Shown here piece by piece: positions 1-9,698 of a DNA stretch of 64,000 nt. Every line of letters starts with the position of its first letter. Position 1 is the first letter of the stretch. The translations under genes and the position numbers were made by a program. This DNA is from an uncultured Chloroflexia bacterium (lineage in GTDB: Bacteria; Chloroflexota; Limnocylindria; Limnocylindrales; CSP1-4). The stretch spans positions 128,001-192,000 of the forward strand of contig CAVVYR010000001.1 of the NCBI GenBank assembly GCA_963752475.1, given 5' to 3'. The notes below the pieces were generated by a model. That model saw only the letters and a list, made by a program, of their open reading frames with translations, was not told the DNA's origin and did no database searches.

Positions 1-264
1 GCCCATGAGCGAGTTGGCCAGCGTGGGCCCCAGGACCTGCAACGGCGGCGCCGGCGGTGGACCACCGGCAGGAGCCACCGTGCGGCACTCGAGCACGCCG
101 TCCTCGTCTTCCACCCAGAGCGTGAAGACCCACCATTCGTCGACCATCACGTTGGGCTTGGTCATGCCCAGACGCACGCGCGGCCCGAGGCTACCGCCGG
201 GTCCCTTGAGCCGGATAGGCTCGGCGCGCGCGAACGACGGCCCCGGCGAGGGCATCCGGGTCAT
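1..264 (-). CDS. Hypothetical protein, 5' part only (runs off the window edge)
   Basis: Manual translation from ATG at 264, 7 nt after the guaA stop: MTRMPSPGPSFARAEPIRLKGPGGSLGPRVRLGMTKPNVMVDEWWVFTLWVEDEDG..., open to position 1. Confidence 0.6.
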   Translation of the reverse strand, partial: MTRMPSPGPSFARAEPIRLKGPGGSLGPRVRLGMTKPNVMVDEWWVFTLWVEDEDGVLECRTVAPAGGPPPAPPLQVLGPTLANSLMG

Positions 265-271
265 GCGAGGT

Positions 272-2077
272 CTACTCCCACTCGATGGTCGCGGGCGGCT
301 TGCTGCTGATGTCGTAGACCACGCGGTTGACGCCGGGCACCTCGTTGACGATGCGGGCGCTGATCTTGCCCAGGACGTCGTAGGGCAGCTTGGCCCAGTC
401 GGCGGTCATGCCGTCCTCGCTGGTGACCGCACGGATGGCCACGACGTTGGCGTAGGTCCGGCCGTCGCCCATGACGCCGACCGAGCGGACGGGCGTGAGG
501 ATGGCGAACGACTGCCACACGCTGCGATAGAGCCCGGCGGCCTTGATCTCGTCGATGACGATCCAGTCAGCCTCGCGCAGCGTGTCGAGCCGCTCCCTGG
601 TGACCTCGCCGATGATGCGAATGGCCAGGCCGGGGCCCGGGAACGGCTGGCGCATGACCATCTGCTCAGGCAGGCCCATGGTCAGGCCCACCTTGCGCAC
701 CTCGTCCTTGAAGAGGTAGCGCAGGGGCTCGATGAGCTGGAAGCGCAGGTCCGACGGCAGGCCGCCGACGTTGTGGTGCGTCTTGATCTTCTGCGCGGCC
801 TTCGTCTCCGGCGCCGTCGACTCGATGACGTCGGGGTAGAGCGTGCCCTGCGTCAGGAAGTCGATCGCCCCCAGCTTGGCCGCCTCCTCCTCGAAGACCC
901 GGATGAACTCGTCGCCGATGATGCGGCGCTTCTTCTCCGGGTCCTCGACGCCCTTGAGTCGCTCCAGGAAGCGCTCGCGCGCATCGACCATCACGAGGTT
1001 CATACCCAGATTGGCCTCGAACGTCTCGCGCAGCAGCTCCGACTCGCGCTTGCGCATGAGCCCGTGGTCGACGTAGATGCAGGTCAGGCGATCGCCCACC
1101 GCTCGATGTACGAGCGCGGCCGCGACCGAGGAGTCCACACCGCCGGACAGGCCGCAGATGACCTTGCCCTCTTCACTCGTGGCCGCGGCGTGCTCGTCGA
1201 CACGCTCGCGGATGCGCTCGACGGTCGACTCGATGAAGTTGGCGCTGGTCCAGTTCGACTCGGCTCCTGCGACACCGTGGACGAAGTTGGCCAACACGTC
1301 CACCCCCCGAGGCGTATGCACGACCTCGGGGTGGAACTGGATGCCGTAGAGGTTGCGCGCGGGGTCGGCCAGTCCTGCGTAGGGCGTGGAATCGGTCTGA
1401 GCGGTGCTGGCGAAGCCTTGTGGCAGGCGGGTGATGGAGTCACCGTGGCTCATCCACACCGGCTGCTCCGTGCCCAGGTCGGTGAGCAGCTTGTCGTTCT
1501 CGTCGGTGATGGTGACCGAGGCCGGGCCGTACTCTCGCTGGTCGCTGGGGAGGACATCGCCGCCGAGCTCCACGGCCATCAGCTGAGCGCCGTAGCAGAT
1601 ACCCAGGACGGGGATGCGGCCGGACCAGATGGCCGGGTCGGGGCGGGGTGCGCCCTCGTCGTAGACGGACATCGGGCCGCCGCTGAGGATCACGCCCTTG
1701 ACCTCTCGGCGCTCGAGCTCCTCGAGCGGGGTGTCGAACGGCAGCAGCTCGGCGTAGACATCGAGCTCACGTACGCGGCGGGCGATGAGTTGGGCGAACT
1801 GGCTGCCGAAGTCGAGCACGACGACGCTGTCGGGTGGCTCAGGCGGGCGGCTGATGGTGGGGCGATCGTCCTCCGGCGGACGATCGGGGGCAGGCGCGTC
1901 GAGCGCGACCTCGAGGTACGCCTCGACCTCCGCGTCGTCGGACGTGAGCACACGGTGTCCGGCGTTGGCTTCCTCGCCATGGACGGTCTTGCCGCGTTCC
2001 TTCCGCGGCTCTTCGGCCTCGTCCTGATCGGGCGCCGCGCCGCCCTCGATCACGTCCTTCTCAGCCGCCTCTGTCAA
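272..2077 (-). CDS. guaA: GMP synthase (glutamine-hydrolysing) with acidic N-terminal extension
   Basis: [21 protein letters not shown] (GATase); [19 protein letters not shown]-terminal [10 protein letters not shown]. Start uncertain: TTG at 2077 has GAGGG upstream; the ORF is open to 2158. Confidence 0.97.
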   Translation of the reverse strand: MTEAAEKDVIEGGAAPDQDEAEEPRKERGKTVHGEEANAGHRVLTSDDAEVEAYLEVALDAPAPDRPPEDDRPTISRPPEPPDSVVVLDFGSQFAQLIARRVRELDVYAELLPFDTPLEELERREVKGVILSGGPMSVYDEGAPRPDPAIWSGRIPVLGICYGAQLMAVELGGDVLPSDQREYGPASVTITDENDKLLTDLGTEQPVWMSHGDSITRLPQGFASTAQTDSTPYAGLADPARNLYGIQFHPEVVHTPRGVDVLANFVHGVAGAESNWTSANFIESTVERIRERVDEHAAATSEEGKVICGLSGGVDSSVAAALVHRAVGDRLTCIYVDHGLMRKRESELLRETFEANLGMNLVMVDARERFLERLKGVEDPEKKRRIIGDEFIRVFEEEAAKLGAIDFLTQGTLYPDVIESTAPETKAAQKIKTHHNVGGLPSDLRFQLIEPLRYLFKDEVRKVGLTMGLPEQMVMRQPFPGPGLAIRIIGEVTRERLDTLREADWIVIDEIKAAGLYRSVWQSFAILTPVRSVGVMGDGRTYANVVAIRAVTSEDGMTADWAKLPYDVLGKISARIVNEVPGVNRVVYDISSKPPATIEWE

Positions 2078-2270
2078 TGCGCTACCCCTCGCCTGCTGCA
2101 CCACTCCCGCCGATGCTCCCGAGTCTATCGGGTTGTGAGGCCCCGGTCGGCAGACCATCTCGGCGCGCTGGAGATGCGAATCAGATGCGAGGCAGCCTGG
2201 TGATGCGCTTGAGGTCTCGGCTAAGGCGACACCCCATGACCGAAGGTGCGCTTAGGTCGACGGTAGGCGC

Positions 2271-3179
2271 ATGGTCTTTGAGGAGCTCACGAGCGATCCC
2301 CTGTTCTTCTACACCATCGCCGCGGCCCTGACGGTAGTGCTCACGATGGTGCTACTGGCGCTGCTGCGCATCCCTGGTGCGTGGGTCCCGCTGCGCACAT
2401 GGTTCGTGATCCTGCCGGTGGCGCTGGCCGCGATGTGGCTCGGCCACGGCGCCTGGGCGGTCTTCGTCACGCTCGTCTCGATCGCCGGCTTCAAGGAGTT
2501 CGCGCGCGTGACGGGACTCTATCGACACGTGCTCTTCGTCCTCGTCGTCTACGGCGCCATCGTGGCTGAGAACGTCTTCGCCTTCGTCGGCTACTACGAC
2601 TGGTTCATGGCCACACCGACGTGGGCCATCCTCTCGCTTGCTCTCGTTCCCATCTTGCTCAGACGCACCGAGGGCATGCTGCAGTGGTTCGCGTTGGCCA
2701 TCGTGGGCGTCGTCTTCTACGGCTACTTCCTCGCTCACCTCACCTACCTCTACAGCTCACCCGCTGGCTTGGGCTACCTCCTGTTCGTGGTGCTGATGAC
2801 GCAGCTCAATGACGCACTTCAGTACCTCTTCGGCAAGGCCGCAGGGCGCCGTCGATGGACGCCCATCAGCCCCAACAAGACGGTCGAAGGGTCGCTCTTG
2901 GCAGGCGTCACGATCATCGGGCTGACGTTTCTGCAGGCACCGGTCGTGTTTCCTGACCTGCCCTGGCCAGGCGTGTTCCTCGCCGGCCTCGTCATCACCG
3001 TCGGTGGTCAGATCGGCGACCTGACCATGGCCAACGTGAAGCGCAATGCCGACGTCAAGGACTTCGGCACGATCCTGCCCGGACACGGCGGCTTCACCGA
3101 CCGCCTCAACTCATCGATGATCACCGCGCCCGCCTTCGCTCACATCATGGGCTACCTCTACGGGGGCTTCCCGTCATGA
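2271..3179 (+). CDS. Phosphatidate cytidylyltransferase family protein (YnbB/CdsA-like)
   Basis: Multi-TM protein; ISPNKTVEG and KRNADVKDFGTILPGHGGFTDR signature. Confidence 0.9.
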   Translation: MVFEELTSDPLFFYTIAAALTVVLTMVLLALLRIPGAWVPLRTWFVILPVALAAMWLGHGAWAVFVTLVSIAGFKEFARVTGLYRHVLFVLVVYGAIVAENVFAFVGYYDWFMATPTWAILSLALVPILLRRTEGMLQWFALAIVGVVFYGYFLAHLTYLYSSPAGLGYLLFVVLMTQLNDALQYLFGKAAGRRRWTPISPNKTVEGSLLAGVTIIGLTFLQAPVVFPDLPWPGVFLAGLVITVGGQIGDLTMANVKRNADVKDFGTILPGHGGFTDRLNSSMITAPAFAHIMGYLYGGFPS

Positions 3180-3880
3180 CGCGAACGCCCTGGTCGGAGC
3201 CTTGGTTTCACTACGAACCGCTGCCGGATCTTGACCTGCCCTTGGCCGCTCGGCTGGGCCAGTACCCGCGCCAACCCGACCTGCTCCTCGACGTCAGCCG
3301 GGTGCTGGCGCGCACGCTCGCGGCCGGAGTCTTCCGATCGCTGTACCGGCTCAAGGTCGTGGGCGAGCCGCCGAACCACCCACGGGTGGCGATCATGGCC
3401 AACCACCAGAGCCACCTCGATACTCCCGCCATCCTCACCGCTCTGCCCGAGCACTACCGCCGCCGCGTCACCGTACTGGCCGCTCGCGACTACTTCTTCG
3501 AGCACGCCAGCCGCGCCTTGGTGGCCAACCTCCTCAGCCAGGCGGTGGCCTTCGACCGCGGTTCCGAGGTGGCTGAACTACACCGCTGGGCGAACCTGCT
3601 GCGGCACATCGACGCCGGCTGGTTCCTGCTCTTCCCCAGCGGCAGTCGCAAGCGCGTCGAGCCTCACGCAGGCCTGGCCGGTGTGCTTGTGCGGAGCGGC
3701 TGGACAGTGGTGCCGGCGGCGATCTTGGGCACGCGCGAGGCCTGGCCTGTCGGCTGTCGCCTGCCGCGCCCCTTCCGTGAGATCCGAGTCACGTTCGGCG
3801 CACCCATCGCCGAGCCCGACCTTCGCAGCCTGCCGCCACGGCTGATGGCGTTCTGGGAGCAGCACGGAGGGCTCAGGTAA
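3176..3880 (+). CDS. Lysophospholipid acyltransferase family protein (PlsC-like)
   Basis: NHQSHLD (HX4D), AARDYFF, FPSGSR; ATGA overlap with upstream gene. Confidence 0.88.
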   Translation: MTRTPWSEPWFHYEPLPDLDLPLAARLGQYPRQPDLLLDVSRVLARTLAAGVFRSLYRLKVVGEPPNHPRVAIMANHQSHLDTPAILTALPEHYRRRVTVLAARDYFFEHASRALVANLLSQAVAFDRGSEVAELHRWANLLRHIDAGWFLLFPSGSRKRVEPHAGLAGVLVRSGWTVVPAAILGTREAWPVGCRLPRPFREIRVTFGAPIAEPDLRSLPPRLMAFWEQHGGLR

Positions 3881-3897
3881 ACCAATGGAGGACGGAG

Positions 3898-4509
3898 ATG
3901 AGTCCCGATATCGGTTTGTACCGATCCAAGTACGCCGTACGCGGCTGGCTCGACCGTATCCCTGGCGTCGAGCGCCTCCAGCCCAACCATGTCTCGATGG
4001 CCTCGCTGGCGCCGTCCGCCCTGGCCGCAGTCGCCCTCTGGTTCGGCTGGTGGCCACTGGTGGTCGCCGGCATCGCCGGGCGCATGGCCCTGACCGTGCT
4101 GGATGGCCTGCTGGCCGAGGCCTACGACAAGAAGAGTCGCATCGGCCCCTACCTCAACCGGCTGCCCCAGGAGATGGGCGACATCGTGCTGTTCCTGGCG
4201 CTGATCCCCTGGGCCGACGTCCGCTGGGTGGCACTCCTACTGGGCGCGGCCTGGTTGGTCAACGTGCTGGCCGTGCTCCCCGCGATCGCCGGTGGCGGAC
4301 CACAGCCGGTCGGTCCCGCCGGCCAGCCGGACCGCATCGCCATCGTGTTGGTGGCAGCGGCGATCCACACCTATGTGGCCTTCGACTGGACGTGGGTCTG
4401 CGTCCTGATCGTGGCCCTCTCGATCCCCACCGTTGTCCTGCGCATCGCGCGCACGGTACGCGAGCTGGGGCCCGCCCAGGGCGCGGCGCTGAACGCCGAC
4501 GACGCATGA
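3898..4509 (+). CDS. CDP-alcohol phosphatidyltransferase family protein (YnbA-like)
   Basis: PNHVS, RMALTVLDGLLAE...GPYLN...GD, GPAGQPDR; hydrophobic; GGAG RBS. Confidence 0.82.
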   Translation: MSPDIGLYRSKYAVRGWLDRIPGVERLQPNHVSMASLAPSALAAVALWFGWWPLVVAGIAGRMALTVLDGLLAEAYDKKSRIGPYLNRLPQEMGDIVLFLALIPWADVRWVALLLGAAWLVNVLAVLPAIAGGGPQPVGPAGQPDRIAIVLVAAAIHTYVAFDWTWVCVLIVALSIPTVVLRIARTVRELGPAQGAALNADDA

Positions 4510-4520
4510 GGAGATGAACG

Positions 4521-5300
4521 ATGGATCTCTACCACCCCACCCTGCGCCTCGCGATGCGCAGCTACGGCCAGCTCTCCAAGGGCGTCCGGCTGGGCTACCG
4601 CGAGGGCTTCAACTCAGGTTCGATGCTTGACTATGTCTACGCCAACGAAGCTCACGGCGTCACACCGCTCGGCCGGCTCATCGACCGGGTCATGCTCGAC
4701 TACCCCGGCTGGAAGGCGGTGCGGGAGCGGCGGCGTCTACTCGTCGGTCAGCTACGTACGGCGGTCACACGGCAGCCGGGCCAACGACTGCTGGACGTCG
4801 CTGCCGGACCAGGTTCGTACCTCTTCGAGCTGCCCGCCGGTGCGGCTGACTACTACGCGGTCGACATCGATGCGGACGAGCGACTGGCGGGCGCCGCCCG
4901 CGCCCAGGCCGAGGGTCGGGACGACATCCACTTCGTGGCCGGCGACGCCTTCGATGTCTCGACCTGGCCCGAGACCCCGTTCGACATCATCGTGGCCTCA
5001 GGCTTCTTCGACCTGCTGGTCGAGGTCGCCGAAGTACGCCGCCTGCTGGCTGCGGGCACGGCGGGTGCACGTCGCGGGACCCTCTGGGTGCTGACGGTGA
5101 TGGAGAGACATCCTGACCTGCAGATGCTCAGCGACGTGCTTGTGGACTGGGATGGCGAACCCTGGCAGGCCGTGACCCGCAGCGCCGACGAGGTCATCGC
5201 GGAGGCCGAGCTTCTGGGTTGGGAGGCTAGACGGGTCCAGCGTGAACCGCGCGGCCAGTACGGCGTCGTCACGCTCCAACGGATCGGTGAGGAGGAATGA
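4521..5300 (+). CDS. Class I SAM-dependent methyltransferase (YnbC C-terminal-domain type)
   Basis: GFNSGSMLDYVYAN..G..PLGRLIDR, LLDVAAGPG, GDAF, VASGFFD. Confidence 0.85.
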   Translation: MDLYHPTLRLAMRSYGQLSKGVRLGYREGFNSGSMLDYVYANEAHGVTPLGRLIDRVMLDYPGWKAVRERRRLLVGQLRTAVTRQPGQRLLDVAAGPGSYLFELPAGAADYYAVDIDADERLAGAARAQAEGRDDIHFVAGDAFDVSTWPETPFDIIVASGFFDLLVEVAEVRRLLAAGTAGARRGTLWVLTVMERHPDLQMLSDVLVDWDGEPWQAVTRSADEVIAEAELLGWEARRVQREPRGQYGVVTLQRIGEEE

Positions 5301-5301
5301 G

Positions 5302-5955
5302 ATGCCGTGCGCCTGGATCACCGGTGCGAGCGGAGCCTGGGGCCACGCCTTCGCCTGGGCACTACTGGAGGATGGCTATGACGTGATCGCGCTGGGTCGG
5401 CACGACACACCAGACCTTGCCGAGCGAGCTGCGGCACTGGGGCGCGGGTGGACATCTCACCGCTTCGACCTGGCCACGCGCCGGGCCCCTTTGCCCGAAG
5501 GTGTGCCTGATCTGCTCATCCACGCCGCGGTCTCGATCGAAGGCGGACGAGAAGCACTGGCCCAGGCCGACTACCTCGCGCCGGTCGACCTCATCGAGTC
5601 GATCGCGCGCGGGATGCTCCGCCGCGGCTCGGGGCGCATCGGGGTGCTGGTGCCCCAGAACGCACGGCTCGGCCTCGCCGGACTGGGCGACTTCTCAGCT
5701 GCGCAGGCCGCGTTGTGGACCTGGTCCGAGGCACTCCGCGACGACCTGGCCAAGGACCCACGGGAGGTGACCCTCACGCTCGTCATCCCGGGCCGGACCT
5801 CGTCGTCGACACAGCGCTTCGTGTCGGAGCGAAGCGGGCACGGCGCACGGCTGTCGACGACCGATGCGACGCCGCTGTTGCGCTCGATCTTGGCCGGCGA
5901 CAGGCGCGCCGGCCGGCGGCCATGGCTCGCGGCGATGGCGATGCTCTTCCGGTAG
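5302..5955 (+). CDS. Atypical SDR-family oxidoreductase
   Basis: ITGASGAWG Rossmann motif; the catalytic YxxxK position reads FSAAQ. Confidence 0.75.
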   Translation: MPCAWITGASGAWGHAFAWALLEDGYDVIALGRHDTPDLAERAAALGRGWTSHRFDLATRRAPLPEGVPDLLIHAAVSIEGGREALAQADYLAPVDLIESIARGMLRRGSGRIGVLVPQNARLGLAGLGDFSAAQAALWTWSEALRDDLAKDPREVTLTLVIPGRTSSSTQRFVSERSGHGARLSTTDATPLLRSILAGDRRAGRRPWLAAMAMLFR

Positions 5956-5974
5956 GCGGTGAGCGCACGGGCCC

Positions 5975-7090
5975 TCACTCGCCCGACGGCAGCATCCAGA
6001 CCTCGCTGGGACGGTCCTCGTGCCAGGCGATCATGGCCGTGGTCGCATCGTTGGCCGCGATGGCCTGGGGGATGGTGTCATGGAGTGGGCCGGGAACGCC
6101 GTCTTCGACGCCCAGCGCCTGCCACTCGAGCCCATCAGTGGAGGTGAGGATCGCGGCCGAGGGGCAGTAGCGCGTGGCCTGCATCGGGCAGCTGCTGGTG
6201 CTGCCGCCGGCGACGAAGCCGGGCCCACCGACGGCCACGAGGTCGATGCGCTCCTCGGTCTCCTTGCTCGACGTGACGTCGTAGACGCGCTCCCAAGTGC
6301 CAAGCTCGGAGGCGTGCCAGATGGCCGGCAGGAACGTCTCGGTGTCAGCACCGACGCCCACGTACGTGCCGTCCTCACCGATGGCGAGGTCGTGGAGGTT
6401 GCCGCCCTCCGGCCCCTCGAATGACTCCCACGTGACCGCGTCGGGCGAGCGCCAGTAGAGGTCCACGCCGGGCGTGAACAGTGGCCGCGCCACCGCGAAG
6501 TACTCGTCGTCGGTGGCCTCGAGCGAGACGAACATGCCCGGAGCCGTGTCGGACGGCGGCTCGATCTCCTGCCACGTCCGTCCGTCTTCGGAGCTGTAGA
6601 AGCGCTGTCCCGCGAGATCCTGGGCGACCATGCTGGCGACCGCGATGAGCCCAGCCGGGCCGTCGGTCACCGCGTCCGCGAAGAGCTCCATGCCCTTTTC
6701 GACTCGGTCGATGGTCGTCTTCGTCCACGTCGCCCCATCGGGTGAGTGCAAGCCGACGAGCTTCCGTCCCTGGGTGCCGAGCGCCACGATGCCATCGTCG
6801 AACGTGGCCACGCGCCGCAATGCCACGCCATCGAAGACCTGGTCATCGGCGACGCGAGACCAGGTCGTGCCGTCGTCAGAGAGCCAGGCCTTGCCCTGAC
6901 GCTCCCTGAGTGGCCCGCCGACGAGGACGAAGCCATCACCGAAGGCGGCCACGTCGACGGCATCGCGCTTCACCGAAGAGCGCCAGGTGGACGCCGGATC
7001 GGTGGGTGTCTCCTCCTGGGCCATGGCGGCCGCCGGCAAGCCGGCGAGCAGGAGTGTGGACAGGAAGGAAGCAGTCAGTCGCCGTGACAC
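5975..7090 (-). CDS. Secreted acidic Asp-box/beta-propeller-like protein
   Basis: Signal peptide (...PAAAMA|QEE); repeated SxDGxxW motifs (SDDGTTW, SPDGATW, SEDGRTW, SPDAVTW, STDGLEW); GGAGG RBS. Confidence 0.75.
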   Translation of the reverse strand: MSRRLTASFLSTLLLAGLPAAAMAQEETPTDPASTWRSSVKRDAVDVAAFGDGFVLVGGPLRERQGKAWLSDDGTTWSRVADDQVFDGVALRRVATFDDGIVALGTQGRKLVGLHSPDGATWTKTTIDRVEKGMELFADAVTDGPAGLIAVASMVAQDLAGQRFYSSEDGRTWQEIEPPSDTAPGMFVSLEATDDEYFAVARPLFTPGVDLYWRSPDAVTWESFEGPEGGNLHDLAIGEDGTYVGVGADTETFLPAIWHASELGTWERVYDVTSSKETEERIDLVAVGGPGFVAGGSTSSCPMQATRYCPSAAILTSTDGLEWQALGVEDGVPGPLHDTIPQAIAANDATTAMIAWHEDRPSEVWMLPSGE

Positions 7091-7212
7091 AGGGATCCTC
7101 CGAATAGCCCGTTCGCCGTGAGCCCCCCTCGGGCATGACCGCGTGATGCTGCGCCATCGTGGGCGCTGGGGTCAACCAAGGTCGGGTAGCAGATCGGCAA
7201 CGGACCGCGCGC

Positions 7213-8337
7213 TCAGGCCCGGTACTTGCGCCAGATCTCGATGAGCCGGTCGTGCGGCAGCCTATGAGCGACGCGATCGTTGACCCCAGCCATGGTCTCG
7301 GCCGCTACGAGCGCGTTGACGATGGCCTCCTCCGTCGACTCGATAGCGGCCCAGAAGAGCGGGCTGATCCAGGCGTCGTCGAGGGCTCGCAGCTCGTGCG
7401 TGAACGCCCGGCCCGAAGCTCGATCCTCGGTGGCCAGCCCGCGGTTGCCGGTGGCGAAGGCGATGAAGAGATCGCCCGACGAGTGCTCCCCCGCCCCACC
7501 CGTGCGAGCCACGCCCAACCCCGCACGCTGCGCCAGCCGCTCACACTGGTGCGGCAGCAGCGGCGCATCGGTAGCGAGCACGACGATGATCGAGCCCGCG
7601 TCAGCGTCGCTCGCGGTCGGGGCCATCTCCTCGCGATCGGAGGGCACCTCGTCGAAGCCGATCTCACGACCGACGGGCACGCCGTCGATGGCCAGGCGTT
7701 CGCGGCGGCCGTAGTTGGCCTGCACCAGCGCACCCACCGTGAAGCCACCCTCATCGGCACCAAGCCGACGCGAGGCCGTTCCGATACCGCCCTTGAAGCG
7801 ATGGCAGATCATGCCCGTTCCGCCGCCGACGTTGCCTTCGATGACGGCGCCAGCGGATGCTTCGGCCAGGGCCTGGTCGAGGTGCTCGGCCCGCACGTGC
7901 TGGCCGTCGATGTCGCTGAGCCAGCCGTCCCAGGTCTCGCCCACGACGGGCAGCGACCAGGCCGACTCGGCGGTGGCCGAGGACCGTGCCGCGGCAGCCA
8001 CGATGGCGTCTCGGACGATACCCACCGAATGCGTGTTGGTGATGCCGATGGGACCGGCCAGCAGACCGGCCTCACGGATCCACTCGAGGCCGGTCAGCTC
8101 CCCATTGCCGTTGAGCCGGTGCGCACCGGCGAACACGCCCTCGGCGAAGGGATCGCCCTCGACCGGCACCACCGTGGTCACGCCCGTGCGTACTGGGCCC
8201 ACGCCGAGCTCCAGCGGTCCGGGTACGCCCTCGACGATGGTGGCGTGGCCTACGCGCACGCCGGCTACGTCGGTGATGGCGTTGAGGGGGCCGGGCGTCA
8301 TGAGCCCGATGGAGATGCCGAGGTCGCGTGCACGCAT
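7213..8337 (-). CDS. dmpA: P1/DmpA family peptidase (L-aminopeptidase/D-esterase)
   Basis: RARDLG, NAITDVAGVRVGH, NGNGELTG, EGNVGGGTGM, GSIIVVLATDAP autoprocessing site, SGDLFIAF. Confidence 0.93.
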   Translation of the reverse strand: MRARDLGISIGLMTPGPLNAITDVAGVRVGHATIVEGVPGPLELGVGPVRTGVTTVVPVEGDPFAEGVFAGAHRLNGNGELTGLEWIREAGLLAGPIGITNTHSVGIVRDAIVAAAARSSATAESAWSLPVVGETWDGWLSDIDGQHVRAEHLDQALAEASAGAVIEGNVGGGTGMICHRFKGGIGTASRRLGADEGGFTVGALVQANYGRRERLAIDGVPVGREIGFDEVPSDREEMAPTASDADAGSIIVVLATDAPLLPHQCERLAQRAGLGVARTGGAGEHSSGDLFIAFATGNRGLATEDRASGRAFTHELRALDDAWISPLFWAAIESTEEAIVNALVAAETMAGVNDRVAHRLPHDRLIEIWRKYRA

Positions 8338-8358
8338 GGCCTCGACCCTAGCGCAGGC

Positions 8359-9630
8359 CTAGCGCCGTCGCGAGGCGTAGATGTTCCGCGGGGACCCGTC
8401 CATCTGGCCTGATTGCACGACGACGGCGACGCGGCCCCCGTTGGCCACCACGTTCGGGGCCATGCGCAGCAGGTTGGCGTCCTTCGTCACCGGCTTGGGC
8501 TGGTTCCAGCTCTTGCCGTCGTCGGGGCTGCGTCGTGTGACCAGACGCGTACTACGCAGCTTCCCGTTCTTGAGCCGCTCCTTGACGTAGGTCAGCACGG
8601 CCTTCTTCTTCGGCAGCAAGGCCACGTCGGCGGCGCTGAAGATGTGGCCCTTCGGAGGCGCCAGGACCTTCTCGCGCCAGTTGCGTCCGTTCTTCTCGGA
8701 GCGCGCCACGATGAGCCCACCGCTGGTGGTCTGGACGGTGGCGACGACGGTCTTGCCACGCGCATCGAGCTCGGGCCAACCGAAGGTATCCCGGGTCGTG
8801 ATCGAGCGTGCCGGGCTCCACGAGCCGCCCCGATCGAGCGAGGTGCGCACGCGCACGTCATCGGCATAGCACTGGGGTCGGGCGGTGTCTGACCAGGCCA
8901 CGTGGACCGACTTGCCGTTGGCAGCGACGCCCACGAGCCCATCGGTGACACGGCCCTTGCAGTCGATCGACATCTTCGTCGTGCCCAGGGTGCGAGCGGC
9001 CTTGAACGACTTGCCCTCGGTCCTGCTGGTTCGGACCTTGACCTGGCCGTTAGCGCGATTGGTCCAGGCGACCGCGATGAGACCGTCACCGATGGCCACC
9101 GTCGGCACGCCGATGCCGTCAGCCTGGCCGGTGGAGAAGAGCGCCACTCGCCCGGCGAAGGACTTGCCGCCGTTGCGGCTCACGCGCGCGAACAGCGTGT
9201 GGCCCTTGGGTCCGCTGACCCGGAAGGCCACGGCCACGATCCTGCCGTTGGCATCGACGGCCAGGTTCGGTGCGACCTTGCGATACCTGGGGCTGGCCTT
9301 GAAGATCGCTCGCTCGCCGGACCAGGACTTGCCATCGTTGCCTGAACGCTGATAGACGACCTTGTCATCGACGGCCTTGGGGCCGATGCGCGGGTGCGCC
9401 AGGTGCAGCACGCCTCTGGCCGCCGCGACCTGGTGCAGCGAATCGAGGCGTGAACCGCCGTTGGGGGTCACGCGATCGAGCTTGGTCCACCCGGCACCGA
9501 GGACCAGCGACGGGAGCAGCAGCAGGGCGAGCACGGTGGCTGCGAGGCCCATGAGGGGCACGCGAACCCCGGCCCTGCGACGGTCGGTCATCACCGACCC
9601 ATCGTGCTCGGCGCTCGTGGATGGCGCCAT
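8359..9630 (-). CDS. Secreted Lys/Arg-rich BNR/Asp-box repeat (sialidase-fold) protein
   Basis: Hydrophobic signal segment; six Asp-box-like motifs (SGNDGKSW, SRNGGKSF, SRTEGKSF, SLDRGGSW, SEKNGRNW, SPDDGKSW). Start may lie further downstream. Confidence 0.72.
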   Translation of the reverse strand: MAPSTSAEHDGSVMTDRRRAGVRVPLMGLAATVLALLLLPSLVLGAGWTKLDRVTPNGGSRLDSLHQVAAARGVLHLAHPRIGPKAVDDKVVYQRSGNDGKSWSGERAIFKASPRYRKVAPNLAVDANGRIVAVAFRVSGPKGHTLFARVSRNGGKSFAGRVALFSTGQADGIGVPTVAIGDGLIAVAWTNRANGQVKVRTSRTEGKSFKAARTLGTTKMSIDCKGRVTDGLVGVAANGKSVHVAWSDTARPQCYADDVRVRTSLDRGGSWSPARSITTRDTFGWPELDARGKTVVATVQTTSGGLIVARSEKNGRNWREKVLAPPKGHIFSAADVALLPKKKAVLTYVKERLKNGKLRSTRLVTRRSPDDGKSWNQPKPVTKDANLLRMAPNVVANGGRVAVVVQSGQMDGSPRNIYASRRR

Positions 9631-9698
9631 GACCGCCGGGTCCTATGGCACGACGTGACCTTCGGGTGCGGTCTGGTGCGGTCCGGGGTAGTCCGGCC

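Noticed and set aside
5-2203. Long 732-aa plus-strand ORF, and similar long antisense ORFs (e.g. 20006..21736, 25672..27690, 30786..32993, 45445..47067)
   Set aside because: Shadow ORFs opposite clearly identifiable genes; expected in high-GC DNA; no family motifs.
2078-2270. Possible purine riboswitch upstream of guaA
   Set aside because: Only short repeats (AGATGCGA x2) and a weak inverted repeat; the conserved purine-riboswitch core is not recognisable.
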